DNA from: a virus
Length of the DNA: 64,000 nucleotides
Reading direction: 5' to 3' (one strand)
IMG/VR virus record: IMGVR_UViG_3300048999_000052
Location: 19,491 to 83,490 of that record
Below, in pieces: positions 53,215-63,612 of this stretch. The notes under the pieces are model-generated. The model was not told where the DNA came from, did not search any database, and saw nothing but the letters and a program-made list of their open reading frames with translations. Positions within the stretch are counted from its first letter, which is position 1; every line of letters starts with the position of its first letter. A program made the translations under genes and the position numbers.

Positions 53215-56200
53215 TGAGCGAGTCGCCGCAGGAACGGAACGCGAATGTCGTTCTGACTGCGGATGTCGACGCCTACAACCAGTCGATGAAGCAGGCCTCC
53301 CAGTCCACCACTGGGTTGTCCGCGCAGGTCGATGCACTAGCCAAATCGCTGGACAGTCTGGCAAAGTCGGCTGGGCAGAAGTTGCAGATCTTCGGTGCTG
53401 GCACGGCGGCGGGCATCGTTGGGGTGACTGCCGCCTATGCTTCCTTCGAGAAGCAGATGAGCTCTCTGCAAGCTCAGGCGGCAGTCACCAACCGCTCCTT
53501 CTCGCAGATGGAAACCTCGGTCAACCAGCTTCGTCGCGAGTTCCCAGTTACGACTGGGGCGGCGGCGGACCTGGTCCGTACTTTGGGTGGTCTGAAGGAC
53601 GGTACGGCCCGGGTCTCTGATCTGGCCGAGACCTTCACCCGACTAGGTGCTGCTACTGGTGAATCCACCGGCGCGCTGACTCAAGGACTCCTTGGGTTGC
53701 AGCGCCAGATGGGCACCACCCAGAAGGACACCGCCAAGTACGCCAACGTACTGACTGACCTGTCCCAGAAGAACGGCGTGGCGGCGTCTTCGATCCTGGA
53801 CTTCTCCTCAGCGATCGCGCCGATTGGCCGCATCGCCGGGATGACCCAGACCGAGATCATGGGCGTCTCGACCGCGTTCACCAAGGCTGGCCAGGATGGC
53901 TATGCCGCCGGTAACGCGTTCAACAAGATGCTCACCGACATCATGCAGGCCACCCAGTCGGGCTCGCCGGACCTGGCCAAGTACGCCAACCTGATCGGTG
54001 TCACTGTCGATCAGTTCGCCAAGATGGACAAGACCTCGGCAATCACCGACGTCTTCAACGAACTGAACCGGCTTGGCCCGAACGCGATCCAGATCCTGAA
54101 CCGGATGGGTCTGGACGGGATGCGGACGATGCGGGCGATCGCTGGCGTCACCCAGCAGACCGGTGGCATCGGCAAGCAGATCGTTGAAGCCCGAGCTGCC
54201 TATGGCGACACCGGCGCTGGCAACGCGCTGGGCCGAGGCTCCGAAGCAGCTGTTGGTGGCCTCAGCGATGCCCTGGTCCGGCTGCAGAACTCCTCCAAGC
54301 AGATCGGTGAGGGGCTGGGGAAGAACTTCGCTCCAGTAGCCACCCAGTTCGTTGATGGCGTCAATGCGATGGCTGGGGCAGCTGCCAAGCTGGTTGACGG
54401 CCCACTGGGCACGATGGCCTCGATGCTGGCCTCGGTGGCCTCAGCTGCTGGCCTGGTGGGTGGCACCTTGCTGAAGTTCGCCGGTCCGCTGGCGACGCTG
54501 GCCACAGGGTATGCGCTGACCCGGAACGCCTTCACCGGCGGCATCATGGATCAGCTGCGGGGCAGAACCGACTCCAAGTACCAGCAGGCCCAGGCCGCGG
54601 GCACGATGGGACCAGTCCGCAGTGGGATGTATGCGGCTGGTGAGTTCCTCGGTAACGCGGGTAACAACCTTCGCCAGCGCATTGGTCTGGGCCAGCCGGG
54701 TCAGGGGCCGGGGATCATGTCCCGGATCGCTGGCCTACCGCTGCACGCGGCAGCGGCTGGCCTGAACTTCCTGCAGACTGGTTACGACCCACTACACCAC
54801 CCGTTCGATCCCACCCGGCGTCAGGAGCTCATTGGCGCTGGCTCAGTGTCGGGTGCGTTCAACCAGTTCATCCAGGGCCGCGGTGGCGCATTGGCCGGTG
54901 GCGCCAATCAGATGGGTGCTGCCCGGCAGGGAATGTCCGCCGCCTGGCAGCAGATCATGGGCACCGGCAGTACTGCCCAGGCGGGCCAGAACGTCTCCAG
55001 GGCCTTCGGTGGGCTGGGTTCGGGGGCGACTGCGCTAACCCGGTCGTTCGTCAGCTTCAACGCTGGCCTGGCCCGGGCTACGGCTGGTCTGGCGGTACTG
55101 GCTACTAGAGCTACTGGCTCGGTGGCGATGAGCGGACTGCGGGCAGCTGGGCGCGGCATCATGAACTTCGCCGGCGGTCCGATCGGGCTGGGGCTGATGG
55201 CGGGCACCGGCATCCTGGCTGGTCGCTCGCAGATCAAGGACGCCACTTCACTGCAGGGTCTGGTCGGCCAGGGTGCGGATCAGTCCTCGATGATGGACAC
55301 CTACCGCTCGGCAGTGGGTGCAGCCACCACCGCTACCTATGACTTCGCCAAGGCGATGAAGGACGCCACCGCAGCCACTACTCCGACCACGGTGGCTGGG
55401 GCCAAGACGGTGTCGCAGTCCGACGTAGGTACCGCTATGACCCGGGACTACACCAACCCGGCGATGGGCAAGATGGACGAGGGCGGGATCAAGAACCTGC
55501 TCCGCTCGGCAATGACCGGCAAGGAGACTCCGGCTGCGATCCAGGAGATCAAGCTGGACCTCCTCAAGCGCTTCGGTGGTGACACTCAGAAGGTCCAGGG
55601 GATCCTGGATGACATCACTTCCGGGCAGGGTAACTTCGACTTCTCTACCTATCTGACCGAGGCGGCTAAGTCCAACCCGGGTGGGCTGATCGGCGGTACG
55701 TTCAAGACCTCCGACACCTCCAAGACCTATTACTCCCAACTGGGCGCTGAAGTACAGAACCGGGCCGCTCGGGCTGGTACGGCAGGTGGGCCGCAGGCCT
55801 TCCAGCAGCAGACCCTGGCTGACTTCAACGCGCTGCTGAAGGGTGCGGGTCAGTCCTACGGCTCGTTGACCTCTGCTGGTATCGGTCAGCAGAACCAGTT
55901 CTTCGGACAGATGTACCTGGGCGGCAAGGGCACGGTGGAGAACCTGGCCCGTAACGCCCAGGGTGGTTCGGTCGACGACATGACCAAGGTCTGGAAGGAC
56001 TTCCTGTCCAAGGACGGGGACGCAGGTAAGGCCTTCGACGAGTTCTTGGGCCGGGCCGGACTGAACCGCGAAGACGTCCAGCGGATCCTGAACGGCGAGA
56101 CCGTCAACGGGATGGACCGGACCAAGCTGTTCAACACCCAGACCAACAGCAACCTGGCTCAGTTGGATGCCTCGGTTCTGACTGGACCGGAGCAGACAGC

Positions 56201-59200
56201 TCAGCGGATTGCGGCTACCCGAGCCGGCGGGGCCACACAAAACCTGGCCGAGGTACAGGCAGCGATCAGTTCACCGGGTGACGTGAACAAGCAGCTGCAG
56301 GCCGTCGACGCGATGGTGACCAAGCTACAGGGCATGGGTGAGTCGGCAGCGGGTATCCAGGGCGACCTGATCAACCTGAAGGCGGCCATCGGTGACACCA
56401 CCGACCCGCTGTATCAGCTGGCGGCAGCAGCTCAGAGCGCGGCTAAGGACTTCGCCAGCTTCCAGCTGAGCGTGTCTGGGGCAGGGGTTGGCCAGCAGTA
56501 CGCGCTAGCCGGGCAGTCGTTCCAGGCCACCATGGGTGCTAGCACCGGTCCCGAAGGTGAGCAGGAGCGTAAGCAGGCGCTGGCCGACATCCGGTCGCAG
56601 ACGCTGAGCGCTGCCCAGTTCTTCAAGCAGCAGATCATCAACCAGCGCGAGTTCACCATCTCCCGGCAGAACGCTGAGGATGACTTCGCCACCCAGCGGT
56701 CGCGCAACGACCGCAACTTCAACCTGCAGCAGAACCGGCAGCAGTTTGACTACAACCTGCAGCAGCAGCGCGGTGAGGCCGACTACACCCAGTCGCGGAT
56801 GCGCAACCAGGAAGACTACAACGTCTCTCGGCAGCGCTCCGAGGAGCAGTACCAGATCAGTGTGAAGCGGACGCTGGACGACTACAACACCTCGCGGCAG
56901 CGTGGTGAGGCTGACTACCAGCTGTCGATCAAGCGCAACGCGCAGGCGTTCAACATCTCCCAGACCCAGTCCTACGAGGACTTCAAGACCTCGAAGATCC
57001 GCTCGGAGCAGGACTTCAACCACCAGGTCACCTTAATGGTGGAACAGTCCGCGAAGCAGATGATGAACATCTACGAGCGGGTTACGGTCCAGCGGACTTG
57101 GTCTGCTGCCTCGTTGCTGCAGAATGCCCAGGACCAGAACCGCCGGATGGCTGAGCAGGCGCAGAACCTGGACAAGGCTCGCTCGATGGGGTTCAGTTCC
57201 GACACCATCAAGCAGCTGGGGCTGACTGACGCCGACAACGCCCAGCAGCTGGCCCGGCTGGTGGCGGACGCGGCTTCGGACCCGAACCTGGTGGGTCAGT
57301 TCAATAAGGCGGTCGCGGACCGGCTGAAGGACTCCTCGTCGCTGGTCAAGGACCAGGACAACGCGGCCTGGGAAGAGATGAACCGGCAGTACCAGCTGAG
57401 CTTGCAGCGCGGTGAGCAGGACTTCAACAAGTCCCGGGACCGGGCGATGAAGGCCTACAAGCTGCAGCTGTCCCAGCAGGCCGATGACTACCGGACTGCG
57501 CTGACTCGTGGTCAGCAGGACCTGACCAAGATGCTCACCCGGGGTCGCCAGGACTACACCAAGGCGATGAAGCAGGGCTCGGACGACTACGACAAGGCGA
57601 TGACCCGGGCGGCCGAGGACTACAAGAAGACCACCGATCGGTCTGCGGCTGACTACCAGCGCACGATCGCCCGGCAGGTGCACGACTACAACGTCTCGAT
57701 CAACGACATGGTCACTGACTTCGAGAAGCAGATGAACCGAAGCCAGCAGCAGTTCGACCGGATGACGGCCGACCTGTCGATGAGCCTTGAGGAGATCCTG
57801 ACCACTGCCACCAAGAAGCTGACTGGCAACCTCAAGACCGAGGCTGACCTGATGCTGGCCACCTGGAACAAGATCAAGAAGGACGTGCTCACGGTCTCGG
57901 GTCAGCTGAAGGCTGCCATCGACACCCAGTGGGGCTTCCTACCTGATGGTCGTAAGGGCAGCCGGTCCAGCGGCTCGGGCGCGGGCGGTGGCCACGAAGC
58001 GACTGGCACCGGTGGTGGTAGCGGCGCTCCGACCGCACCAGTCAAGGACAACCAGCCCACCATCCCGATCACCGGTGGGCACATCACCACGCCGTTCGGT
58101 AAGAAGGGCTCAATGTGGGCCTCTGGCTACCACACCGGTGATGACTACGCGACGCCGATCGGTACCCCGATCCACGCGGCTCTGCCGGGCAAGGTGATGA
58201 GTACGGCTTGGGGCGGCGCCTACGGCAACCTGACCAAGATCGCAGTCGGTCCTGGCATCGAGACCTGGTATGCCCACCAGAGTTCGTTTGGGGTCAAGCC
58301 CGGTGAGCGGGTCAAAGAAGGCGAGGTCATCGGTAAGACCGGTGCCACCGGTAACGTCACCGGACCCCACTTGCACTTCGAAGTGCGCGACCACGGCAAG
58401 CCGGTCAACCCTTCGACCCTGGGTCAGATGATGAGCTCGGGGGCTACCTCGGGTGTCACTTTGGAGGAGCAGTATGCCTTCGAGCAGCTGATCAAGAACG
58501 ATCCCACCTTGGCGATCTTCTTCCACGACCACATGCTCAGTGATTACCTGAACTCCTGGGCTGATGGTCGCCAGGCTCAGTTGGGTGTTAGTTCGCCGGT
58601 CCAGCCCGGTGGGCCGGGGCATGCGCCGACGAACGTGACCGGGAACAAGGCCATCGTCAAGCAGATGTCGGCAGCTCGGGGCTGGGGTCAGTACTGGGAC
58701 AGCCTGTACAACCTGTTGATGGGTGAGTCCGGATTCAACAACAACGCGCAGAACCCGACATCGTCGGCTTACGGCATGTTCCAGTTCCTGAATTCGACCT
58801 GGGCTGGGGTTGGCGGTCACAAGACCTCTGACCCGACCCTGCAGACCAAGTACGGCCTGGAGTACATCGCCCGGTCTTACGGCAACCCGGGTAACGCCTA
58901 CGCGAAGTGGAAGGCTCGCTCCCCGCACTGGTACGGCGAGGGCGCGATCTTCTCTGGTGCTCAGCAGATCGGCATTGGTGAGCGCGGACCAGAAGCCGTG
59001 CTGCCGCTGAACGAGCGGGGTGCAGACTTCATCGCCGAACTGATGGCGAAGATGTCACCGGGTCAGGATGCTCGGCGCAACAACACCCGGGGCACTAGTG
59101 TGCCGATCGTGCACAACAACACCTACACGAAGGTGGACAGCTCGACGAACTTCACCGGACCGGTTTCAGTCACCGCCAACGACCCGAACGAGCTGGCCGA

Positions 59201-59267
59201 GAAGCTGCGGCAGAAGCGCCGGGCCAAGGCGCTGTCGAACCCAGCCCTGGGAGGTAATCGTGCCTAG
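53214..59267 (+). CDS. tape measure protein with C-terminal M23 peptidase and lytic transglycosylase domains
   Basis: 2017 aa; ~11-aa aromatic repeats; HTGDD...YAH...TGPHLHFEV; ESGFN..AQNPTSSAYGMFQFL..TW; GERGPEAVLPL. Confidence 0.93.
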   Translation: MSESPQERNANVVLTADVDAYNQSMKQASQSTTGLSAQVDALAKSLDSLAKSAGQKLQIFGAGTAAGIVGVTAAYASFEKQMSSLQAQAAVTNRSFSQMETSVNQLRREFPVTTGAAADLVRTLGGLKDGTARVSDLAETFTRLGAATGESTGALTQGLLGLQRQMGTTQKDTAKYANVLTDLSQKNGVAASSILDFSSAIAPIGRIAGMTQTEIMGVSTAFTKAGQDGYAAGNAFNKMLTDIMQATQSGSPDLAKYANLIGVTVDQFAKMDKTSAITDVFNELNRLGPNAIQILNRMGLDGMRTMRAIAGVTQQTGGIGKQIVEARAAYGDTGAGNALGRGSEAAVGGLSDALVRLQNSSKQIGEGLGKNFAPVATQFVDGVNAMAGAAAKLVDGPLGTMASMLASVASAAGLVGGTLLKFAGPLATLATGYALTRNAFTGGIMDQLRGRTDSKYQQAQAAGTMGPVRSGMYAAGEFLGNAGNNLRQRIGLGQPGQGPGIMSRIAGLPLHAAAAGLNFLQTGYDPLHHPFDPTRRQELIGAGSVSGAFNQFIQGRGGALAGGANQMGAARQGMSAAWQQIMGTGSTAQAGQNVSRAFGGLGSGATALTRSFVSFNAGLARATAGLAVLATRATGSVAMSGLRAAGRGIMNFAGGPIGLGLMAGTGILAGRSQIKDATSLQGLVGQGADQSSMMDTYRSAVGAATTATYDFAKAMKDATAATTPTTVAGAKTVSQSDVGTAMTRDYTNPAMGKMDEGGIKNLLRSAMTGKETPAAIQEIKLDLLKRFGGDTQKVQGILDDITSGQGNFDFSTYLTEAAKSNPGGLIGGTFKTSDTSKTYYSQLGAEVQNRAARAGTAGGPQAFQQQTLADFNALLKGAGQSYGSLTSAGIGQQNQFFGQMYLGGKGTVENLARNAQGGSVDDMTKVWKDFLSKDGDAGKAFDEFLGRAGLNREDVQRILNGETVNGMDRTKLFNTQTNSNLAQLDASVLTGPEQTAQRIAATRAGGATQNLAEVQAAISSPGDVNKQLQAVDAMVTKLQGMGESAAGIQGDLINLKAAIGDTTDPLYQLAAAAQSAAKDFASFQLSVSGAGVGQQYALAGQSFQATMGASTGPEGEQERKQALADIRSQTLSAAQFFKQQIINQREFTISRQNAEDDFATQRSRNDRNFNLQQNRQQFDYNLQQQRGEADYTQSRMRNQEDYNVSRQRSEEQYQISVKRTLDDYNTSRQRGEADYQLSIKRNAQAFNISQTQSYEDFKTSKIRSEQDFNHQVTLMVEQSAKQMMNIYERVTVQRTWSAASLLQNAQDQNRRMAEQAQNLDKARSMGFSSDTIKQLGLTDADNAQQLARLVADAASDPNLVGQFNKAVADRLKDSSSLVKDQDNAAWEEMNRQYQLSLQRGEQDFNKSRDRAMKAYKLQLSQQADDYRTALTRGQQDLTKMLTRGRQDYTKAMKQGSDDYDKAMTRAAEDYKKTTDRSAADYQRTIARQVHDYNVSINDMVTDFEKQMNRSQQQFDRMTADLSMSLEEILTTATKKLTGNLKTEADLMLATWNKIKKDVLTVSGQLKAAIDTQWGFLPDGRKGSRSSGSGAGGGHEATGTGGGSGAPTAPVKDNQPTIPITGGHITTPFGKKGSMWASGYHTGDDYATPIGTPIHAALPGKVMSTAWGGAYGNLTKIAVGPGIETWYAHQSSFGVKPGERVKEGEVIGKTGATGNVTGPHLHFEVRDHGKPVNPSTLGQMMSSGATSGVTLEEQYAFEQLIKNDPTLAIFFHDHMLSDYLNSWADGRQAQLGVSSPVQPGGPGHAPTNVTGNKAIVKQMSAARGWGQYWDSLYNLLMGESGFNNNAQNPTSSAYGMFQFLNSTWAGVGGHKTSDPTLQTKYGLEYIARSYGNPGNAYAKWKARSPHWYGEGAIFSGAQQIGIGERGPEAVLPLNERGADFIAELMAKMSPGQDARRNNTRGTSVPIVHNNTYTKVDSSTNFTGPVSVTANDPNELAEKLRQKRRAKALSNPALGGNRA

Positions 59268-59772
59268 CGACAATGGACTGGTCCCGGCCAAGCCGCTGCG
59301 GCAAGGGCTCCAGGTTGTGCAGAAGTCCGAGCCCGGATTGGGCTCGTACGCGATGTCGATCGATTACGGCGGTCAGTGGTTGGACCTGAACGACAAGCTC
59401 AACTACGAGGTCGGTGGTGAGACCCAGAACTCGACTGCGGTTACCTGGCGCAAGGTGGTGGTGACCTCCCCAGTGGCGGAGGGCGCCTACACCGTGCACG
59501 CGGTCAAGGAGATGGTCAACGAACAGATCCAGATCTATGTCCGGGGTGCGAACCAGTGGGAGTCCCAGATCAACCTGAAGCGGCTGGAGGGGCTGTTCAG
59601 CCGGCTCGACTTCAGGCTGCGCCTCGACTTCGATGACTACCGGGAGATCTGGCAGTGCCAGACCGCTGACTACCAGTACGAACGCTCCCGGGTGTACGCG
59701 CACAACGGGATGTCAGTGTTTACTGCCACTGTGCCCAGATTCCCCACAGTGACGATTGAGCGGCTGGTATGA
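59260..59772 (+). CDS. minor tail protein (distal-tail position)
   Basis: GGAGG RBS; follows the tape measure. Confidence 0.7.
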   Translation: MPSDNGLVPAKPLRQGLQVVQKSEPGLGSYAMSIDYGGQWLDLNDKLNYEVGGETQNSTAVTWRKVVVTSPVAEGAYTVHAVKEMVNEQIQIYVRGANQWESQINLKRLEGLFSRLDFRLRLDFDDYREIWQCQTADYQYERSRVYAHNGMSVFTATVPRFPTVTIERLV

Positions 59773-60212
59773 GCGGCCTTGCTCTGTGGGGCGCCAACGA
59801 GATCTCTCAGATGATCTTCGGCCAGCGCTCCCCCGTACCGCAGAGCTATTACCTGGCGTTGATCCGGACCAACCAGCCGAATGCGTTCTCAGACGGTACT
59901 GGCCTGGATGAGCCGCCTACTGATACCACTGGCTACGCCCGGATTGAATTGGTCAACGACCCGACCATCTGGGACACCGATGGCTACTACCTGGTCCGGA
60001 ACATAATCGACCTGACTTTCTTGGCCGCTACCGCTGATTGGGGTCGAATCAACTACTGGGCGCTGTGTAACGCGGTCACCGGTGGGTTCGTCTACTTCAC
60101 CGGTCGGCTACCGCAGTCCGAGGTGGTCAGCTCCGGCGACATCGTGCACATCCCAGCTGGTTCATTGCAGATCAGCCTGGGACCGATCTTCGGGGTGGAC
60201 GATGGCGGTTAA
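59769..60212 (+). CDS. minor tail protein
   Basis: YLAL...E....GYARI...F..ATADWG.I....L..A.TGG. Confidence 0.75.
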   Translation: MSGLALWGANEISQMIFGQRSPVPQSYYLALIRTNQPNAFSDGTGLDEPPTDTTGYARIELVNDPTIWDTDGYYLVRNIIDLTFLAATADWGRINYWALCNAVTGGFVYFTGRLPQSEVVSSGDIVHIPAGSLQISLGPIFGVDDGG

Positions 60213-61218
60213 GAACTTGATCCCGGAGCCGATCAGCTTCGCCATGGACCCAAGTCTGAAGATCCTGGTGGAGTCCGGTACTCCAGTGGATCCGTCCGAA
60301 GTGCTGGTGCCCTACAACGCCGCCAGCTACATCTTGGATGACTACCGGATCCTAAACGGCTGGCCGGTGGAAGTACCGCCGTATGACTTTCGTCAGCACG
60401 CGCTGATCTCCATCGACGGCACCATCATCAGCAACCGCCAGTCCCCGGCCTCAGTGAAGTCCAACGCTGATGTGCGCTGGGTGGCCAGTGAATTGAGCTA
60501 CGACGACGTCACCTTCGTCTGGCGGCCAGAAGACAGTCCGTACCCGGGTTACACCTGGCGCTCGTCGGTGGACTACGCCCCCACCTTCATCGACGACTAC
60601 ACCTACCGGGTCGGCAAAGAGCTGATCACTGCTAACGCACTGAACTTCGCGGGCGAGAACAAGCAGCACCTCTGGTCCGAATTCACCGGTGGCTTCGGTG
60701 CGACTGCTGGCTTCACGCTGATCTTCGTGATGAGTCTGCAGAGCCGGTTTGGACTCGATGGCGCGGTCTTGGACTACGCCGGACTATTCGGCGCTGGTCA
60801 TGCCACTCCTGGTGGTGCCGATGACTTGTTCGATGAAGAAGTTGACGGCGCCCAGACCAACCTGCAGATGCGGGGACGGTATCTGTGGGCGAACTCCAAC
60901 CAGATGGCCTTCCAGCGGTTGTTCCCGATCAACCTGGCCCTGACCAGAGCTCAGCCGTCCTACCTGGCCCTCACCGTCAACCAGCCCTACACCAAGGTGA
61001 TGATGGGGTTTGGTACATCTTCGATGCAGGTGGCCCAGGTCCAGACTGCTCCAGATGCTGAAGCCAACCACCTAGATTGGGTCATCGGTCGGGCGACTGG
61101 TGACCTGCTGCACTGTGCAGATATGACCCTGTTCGACCTCAGCCTGTACGCCAGCCCGCTTAGCGATGCTGACACGCTCGCGGAGATCGCGACCCTGAGC
61201 CAGGCCTACGGAGGTTGA
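60202..61218 (+). CDS. minor tail protein
   Basis: Synteny; LamG-like C-terminal ...LY..PLSDA. Confidence 0.65.
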   Translation: MAVKNLIPEPISFAMDPSLKILVESGTPVDPSEVLVPYNAASYILDDYRILNGWPVEVPPYDFRQHALISIDGTIISNRQSPASVKSNADVRWVASELSYDDVTFVWRPEDSPYPGYTWRSSVDYAPTFIDDYTYRVGKELITANALNFAGENKQHLWSEFTGGFGATAGFTLIFVMSLQSRFGLDGAVLDYAGLFGAGHATPGGADDLFDEEVDGAQTNLQMRGRYLWANSNQMAFQRLFPINLALTRAQPSYLALTVNQPYTKVMMGFGTSSMQVAQVQTAPDAEANHLDWVIGRATGDLLHCADMTLFDLSLYASPLSDADTLAEIATLSQAYGG

Positions 61219-61219
61219 G

Positions 61220-63415
61220 ATGGGGCTTTCCGCCCAGACCGTCGATCTCCAGCCGGTGGGCTACTTCCGGATCTATGCTCGACCCCCTGGTGGGGACCGG
61301 GTGGAGATCACCATGTTCCGGGGTGCTCCAGTCCAGGTCAGCTCGCTGGGAACGTCAGACCCGTTCGGTGACTCCACCGCCACCTTGACCTTCCCGCAGA
61401 TCACCATCTGGGATAAGCCCGGTTCTGGGGATCTCAGCTGGCTGGTGCCTTACACCGACATCGACATCGTCTGGCAAAACGTCGCGCCCTACAACCACGT
61501 CTGGCAGTGGGAGGGCTTCAGCATCGATGAGTCCCTGGCAGTGACCGGGAACGACTCCTCGCTGACGCTGGAGTGCAAGGGCGCGCTCTACCAGGCCGAC
61601 AACTACCTGGCTGCGCCGTACTACCCACAACGCCCAGTGCCGTACGAGATCCTGATCCGCGAAGCCTTGAGCCCGGCCAAGCGGCCTGGGCTTCGAACCT
61701 CTGCTGTCACGATGGAGTTCCCTTCAGACTGGAACACCGTCGTACCGCCCTTCAATGAGCCGGCCGCGTTCTGGTTCCTCCAGCCCTGGGGTGTTGTTGC
61801 CGGGCAGAAGTGGACTGGGCTGACCAGCCGCTCGACTGGGTCTTGGGATCCGGTACTGACTGGCTACGTCCAGGGCCTGCTCTCGGTGATGTACGACGAG
61901 GGAGGGGCGCAATGGAGCCTGCGCAAGGATGTCGGGAGGAAACCTGCGCTGTACTTGCGCAGACCTCCGCTCAAGACCGATCCGAACTTGCTGATGATCG
62001 ACTTGGGGACGCCGGGAGTGGAAGTCCAGCTGAGCCGGGACTTCACCCAATCTGCCAACGTGATCTATGGACAGGGAACGGATTCAGCCGGGGTTGCTTT
62101 CTCCGGTATGGAGATCAACAACCTGGGTGACCAGACCTACTTCGTTCCGTTCAGCGCAGCCCGGACTGTCTACCCGACCACCAACAACCCGAACTACAAC
62201 ACCAACATCGCCCGCAAGGAGACCTTGCTGCGGTTCCCGGACGGGATGGACGAGCTGGCCGCTCGGCAGCTGAGCAACGCCCAGCTGATGCGCTTCGCTG
62301 ACCCCGGCTACACCGGCCAGCTGACGCTGCGGGTGGACCCGTACCTGCAGGAGTCTGGGATTACCTTCCCCCGGTTGCTGATCCAGGCGGGTCGCTCGGT
62401 GCTGATTCGGGGCATCCGTGGAGATAACTCCGGGGTTCTATTCCACATCTCTGATGCGCAGGTGAACGTCCAGGACGGCTCGGTACAGCTGACCATCGAC
62501 TCCAAGTACCGCGACGCGCTGACCGTGGATGAGGTCCGGGCGCGGACCAGGGACGCGCTGACGCCGCTGCGCAGCCTGCAGACTGGCAAGTACTCCAACA
62601 CGGTCCAGGACCTGCTGAAGCCGTGGAGCTACGCCGATGGCTCCGGGATGGTGCCGGAGGGCTCCCAGGAGCTGTTTACCAAGCTGATGCCCGACACTGC
62701 GGCCTTCCCGTGGACGGACTGGACCAAGAAGTACCCGCCGAAGAACCCGGCCTACACGAAGTTCTACATCAAGATCCCGAAGGCCAACCTGACCAACTCC
62801 TCGAACAACTGGGCCGGGGACACCTCCAACGGCATCTTTAAGGCTGCGTTGCCGGTGAAGATGGCCCAGTCCGGCACTATCCGGTTGAGCCAGATCGCTG
62901 CCTACGATCTGAACGGCAACCTGCTGCCGGTGTACTTCCACGTGAGTGTGTACAACAACTCCGGGGTGAGTCCAGCTGACATGCCCCGGATCCCCACCAC
63001 GAGCACCAAGATCGTCAAACCAGTGGGAGCTACCTACGCTGCGGGACAGACCAACCCGTTCTTCGAAGGTGCGTTCGAGAAGATCAAGCCAGATGGTGGC
63101 GAGCAAGACAACGCGGGCGTACTGTTCCCAGACTCGGCAGGGTTCGTGATGGGCTGGGGTAACTACTACGAGCTGGCGGGCTACTCCCCCGGCTTGAGTA
63201 GCCGTGGGGCGCCAGTCAGCGGCAAGCTAGAAGACGAGCAGCCCTGGTCGTTCGACACCTCATCGATGCCCGGCTTCGACAAGTACAACCCAGCCAACAA
63301 CGCCAACAACGCGGGCGCCGGGGTCATGTACATCATGATCTACGCCGACGCCCAACTGACCCAGGACGTCTACTTCTTGGGGCGGTTCTTCCGCCAGGAA
63401 CCAGGTACCTCATGA
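61220..63415 (+). CDS. minor tail (hub/Tal-like) protein, 731 aa
   Basis: WEG, N.IYG.G, G.LTL.VDP, I.AG.SV patterns; synteny. Confidence 0.72.
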   Translation: MGLSAQTVDLQPVGYFRIYARPPGGDRVEITMFRGAPVQVSSLGTSDPFGDSTATLTFPQITIWDKPGSGDLSWLVPYTDIDIVWQNVAPYNHVWQWEGFSIDESLAVTGNDSSLTLECKGALYQADNYLAAPYYPQRPVPYEILIREALSPAKRPGLRTSAVTMEFPSDWNTVVPPFNEPAAFWFLQPWGVVAGQKWTGLTSRSTGSWDPVLTGYVQGLLSVMYDEGGAQWSLRKDVGRKPALYLRRPPLKTDPNLLMIDLGTPGVEVQLSRDFTQSANVIYGQGTDSAGVAFSGMEINNLGDQTYFVPFSAARTVYPTTNNPNYNTNIARKETLLRFPDGMDELAARQLSNAQLMRFADPGYTGQLTLRVDPYLQESGITFPRLLIQAGRSVLIRGIRGDNSGVLFHISDAQVNVQDGSVQLTIDSKYRDALTVDEVRARTRDALTPLRSLQTGKYSNTVQDLLKPWSYADGSGMVPEGSQELFTKLMPDTAAFPWTDWTKKYPPKNPAYTKFYIKIPKANLTNSSNNWAGDTSNGIFKAALPVKMAQSGTIRLSQIAAYDLNGNLLPVYFHVSVYNNSGVSPADMPRIPTTSTKIVKPVGATYAAGQTNPFFEGAFEKIKPDGGEQDNAGVLFPDSAGFVMGWGNYYELAGYSPGLSSRGAPVSGKLEDEQPWSFDTSSMPGFDKYNPANNANNAGAGVMYIMIYADAQLTQDVYFLGRFFRQEPGTS

Positions 63416-63612
63416 AGCCAACAACCACAGTCAAGATGCACAAGTACCTCACCTTCGCCTGGGGACTGCTAGCCGTACCGACGATCCTGTGGTGGCGGGA
63501 GAGCATCTTCTGGGTGGCGTTCATGAGCCTGTATGCCAATCTAGTCGGACACTGGAGCGCCTATACCGCTGCCAAGGCTGAGCGCCAAGCCGAGAAGAAT
63601 GGGGAGAACTGA
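63412..63612 (+). CDS. small membrane protein
   Basis: W...PT.LWW.ES..WV.FMSLYAN...HWSAY. Confidence 0.7.
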   Translation: MKPTTTVKMHKYLTFAWGLLAVPTILWWRESIFWVAFMSLYANLVGHWSAYTAAKAERQAEKNGEN

